This document shows, piece by piece, positions 56,883-64,000 of a DNA stretch of 64,000 nt. The notes under the pieces are model-generated. The model saw only the letters and a program-made list of their open reading frames with translations, was not told the DNA's origin and searched no databases. Both the position numbers and the translations under genes were made by a program. Source of the DNA: Chrysomallon squamiferum (taxonomy: Eukaryota; Animalia; Mollusca). The stretch covers positions 26,722,001 to 26,786,000 of the forward strand of contig CM022677.1 in assembly GCA_012295275.1 (NCBI GenBank), read 5' to 3'. Every line of letters starts with the position of its first letter. Position 1 is the first letter of the stretch.

Positions 56883-59064
56883 AAATAAGAGATCAAAATA
56901 TAAAAACAATGAAAATCTGCACATTCACTTGCAGACAAACACATTCAACACACACACACACACACATCCATACACAAACTTACATAGTCAACATATTGAG
57001 ATTTTTTTTTATGACATATTGCCAATTATTTGAATGACTCTTACTTTTGTTTTTATCTGTCAACGTCAGTTTCTATGTTTTTGTTTATGTAATTAATTTT
57101 GTAGCACCGAATGTATCCTTTACTTTCAATAATAAATTGTAAAATGTTGCATACTTTTCTGCAATAATAAAAATATATGTACATATTTTTTTTTGGGGGG
57201 GGGAAATGATTATTAATTTGAAGATGACAAAAAAAAATGAGACATTCATTTGCCACATTGGTTAGTTGTATGTTAATCATAATTATGCTAATATTCTGAG
57301 ACATTTTAATGAGAATTAATATTTTAATTACCATAATCTTACTTAATAAGTATGAACAAAAACAAAAAAAAACAAAAATGGTATTAAATAAAATAAAGAA
57401 AAAATTTAAAAGAAAAGAATAAAAAGGAATAGAAAAATTAAAACTATAGAAATGAATGGGAAATAATGTTATACCAGACATGCATAATTACTTACATTAG
57501 CCATTCCTTCACCACTGGCTCAAAGAACTACAGTAAGTATATTTACAAATGATATTACGTGAAAAATGTTTTGATATCAAACTGGATGGACTTAATAAAA
57601 GCATACCATTAACAGTATTATGAAACTGTTATTATTATTCATTATTGCTATTATAATTACTGGTTTTATATTGTTGTTGTTGTTGTTGTTATTTCATATT
57701 ACATTTCCCAATTCTTTGTATAACTGTGTTAATCTTAATAACATCAAAAATATAAATACAATTTAACACATGTTTTACTTGTCAAAATATACATGTTTTA
57801 CTTATCAAAGTTAGCAATTGAAGGAAAATACAACGGGTGGAAAAACAAACATAATTAGAGTTATTTCCCTTACGCCATTAAACAATTTAAGCCTGATTTT
57901 TCGGAAGAAGAAAAAAATATGTAAATGTATTTATGTTAAGTCATAACAAAAACTATTTGTTGTTATTATTATTAATAGCAGTAGTAATAGTACTAAGAAC
58001 ACTACTCCCAGCCCCAAAAAAAGAAAGAAAGAAAAATATCAAACCAAAAAACCAATCTATCACGTGACCATCTATTGTATGACGTTTGCTACAGGAATGA
58101 ACCAGTAATCATTTATTTGATAGAAATTGTAAAAAATATTTTAAATTATTATTTATTTTTGTTGCTGGCAAATCGGGTACGTTTTCATCTTAGCAGTAAC
58201 TATTAAATTATTCAGATGTTTTCTTATTTTAGCTATAATTTAGGTATTTCAACACATAACATTGATCGACATGATCAATCATATCTTAAAATGGTTCTTT
58301 CAACTTCAAGAAATCATTTCTTTGACTATTGTTAGTTTGTGAAATTGATAAAATGCAGAAAAATATATTTTGTTATACGTACTTCTTAAAAATAAAAGCA
58401 ACCAATACCCCAATTCTTTCACAAGCAACGGTTTAAAATGTATTTTATTATAGCTAAAAAAAAAAAAAAAAATAATAATAATAAAAAAAAAAAATAATAA
58501 AAAAATTCTGTTCAGTATTCATACAATTATTAAGTTGGCATTATATTTTTGCAGTTTACTGTATTTTGTAATTTATGTGAGTTTTACTTTATTATTCTAT
58601 GCAATAAAGCTCATTTCATTTAAAATGCATATCCTTATCGATAATGGCACATTCTGTCTTTTTTTAAATTCGTAGTTTTGTCGTTTGACATAGTTTAACA
58701 GCTTGATAATGACGTCAGACCTGTCAAATATGGATGCCGTGAGTACACTGTATTAATATCTAAAACGTTTTCAAATCGTGACATGGGTGGTTAAATTAAA
58801 ATTCAACATTTATTGATGACTTACATAATATTCTTGATGATGGCATATATTTCAAATAACTTTGCATCTGTACTTACAACATAAAGCTATCGCAGTACTA
58901 ATAGTAGTAGTAGTTTTACTAATAGTACCAGTTGTAGTAGTAATAGTAATAATGACAGCAGTGCTAACAATAGTAATCAATAGCAACATTTAAACCAATT
59001 CATTAAGAAATTAAAGAAATCATTTAAATCCATAAATAAAAATAAACAAACACATTAGAAACAC

Positions 59065-59101
<37 letters not shown>

Positions 59102-59180
59102 CCACACACACACATATTGTTATAATTAGCCCTTGATCTACTTACTTTCAGTGTTCAGTTTTACAACAAAAACCTACAAG

Positions 59181-63735
<4,555 letters not shown>

Positions 63736-63807
63736 GTGAGTTGTAGCAGTGTATTCCTTGTGTAGTCCCTCCCTCCCGTTTAGTCGTGTATTCTGAGTAT
63801 ACTCTGT

Positions 63808-64000
63808 CGCTAGTGTATAGTCATGTAATCCTTGTCTATCTCTAGCGTATAGTCATGTAATCCTTGTCTATCTCTAGCGTATAGTCATGTAATCCTTGTC
63901 TGTCTCTAGCGTATATGCATCTGTTCCTTTTGTACTTTCTCTCTAGCGTACATTCCTGTACTACTTGTGTACTTTCTCTCTAGCGTACATTCCTGTACTA
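63808..64000. repeat. Short tandem duplications (tctctagcgtatagtcatgtaatccttgtcta x3; ctctagcgtacattcctgtacta x2)
   Basis: Directly visible after the last gene E exon in the window. Confidence 0.8.

Overview
AT-rich, microsatellite-dense animal genomic DNA with GT-AG introns; the repeat style suggests a mollusc such as a cephalopod, but that is inference. Most ORFs in the supplied track are microsatellite artefacts. Manual splicing reveals a cluster of five paralogous genes (A-E) for type-I membrane proteins. Their ectodomains are almost entirely thrombospondin type-1 repeats (TSR), one per phase 1-1 exon, plus Cys-containing or linker micro-exons. Gene A (-, 6 intact TSR + 1 broken, ~514 aa) and gene B (+, 4 TSR) are head-to-head arms of a ~26-kb inverted duplication. 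Genes C (3 TSR, ~404 aa), D (8 TSR, ~669 aa) and E (at least 4 TSR, runs off the window) follow on +. Main signals: (1) recently duplicated TSR exons differ almost only at non-synonymous sites (15N:0S, 8N:2S and 21N:2S codons by hand count), and in gene D more than their flanking introns, which suggests diversifying selection on a cell-surface recognition family; (2) several intronic minisatellites are amplifications of the adjacent splice acceptor or donor itself; (3) the cytoplasmic tails fall into three unrelated types; (4) the palindrome arms show a conversion-like tract and a hairpin-loop micro-inversion. Also present are a decayed KRBA2/Ginger-type integrase, an internally deleted Tigger element and LINE-like remnants. 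All gene models are hand-built from sequence only, with no expression evidence.
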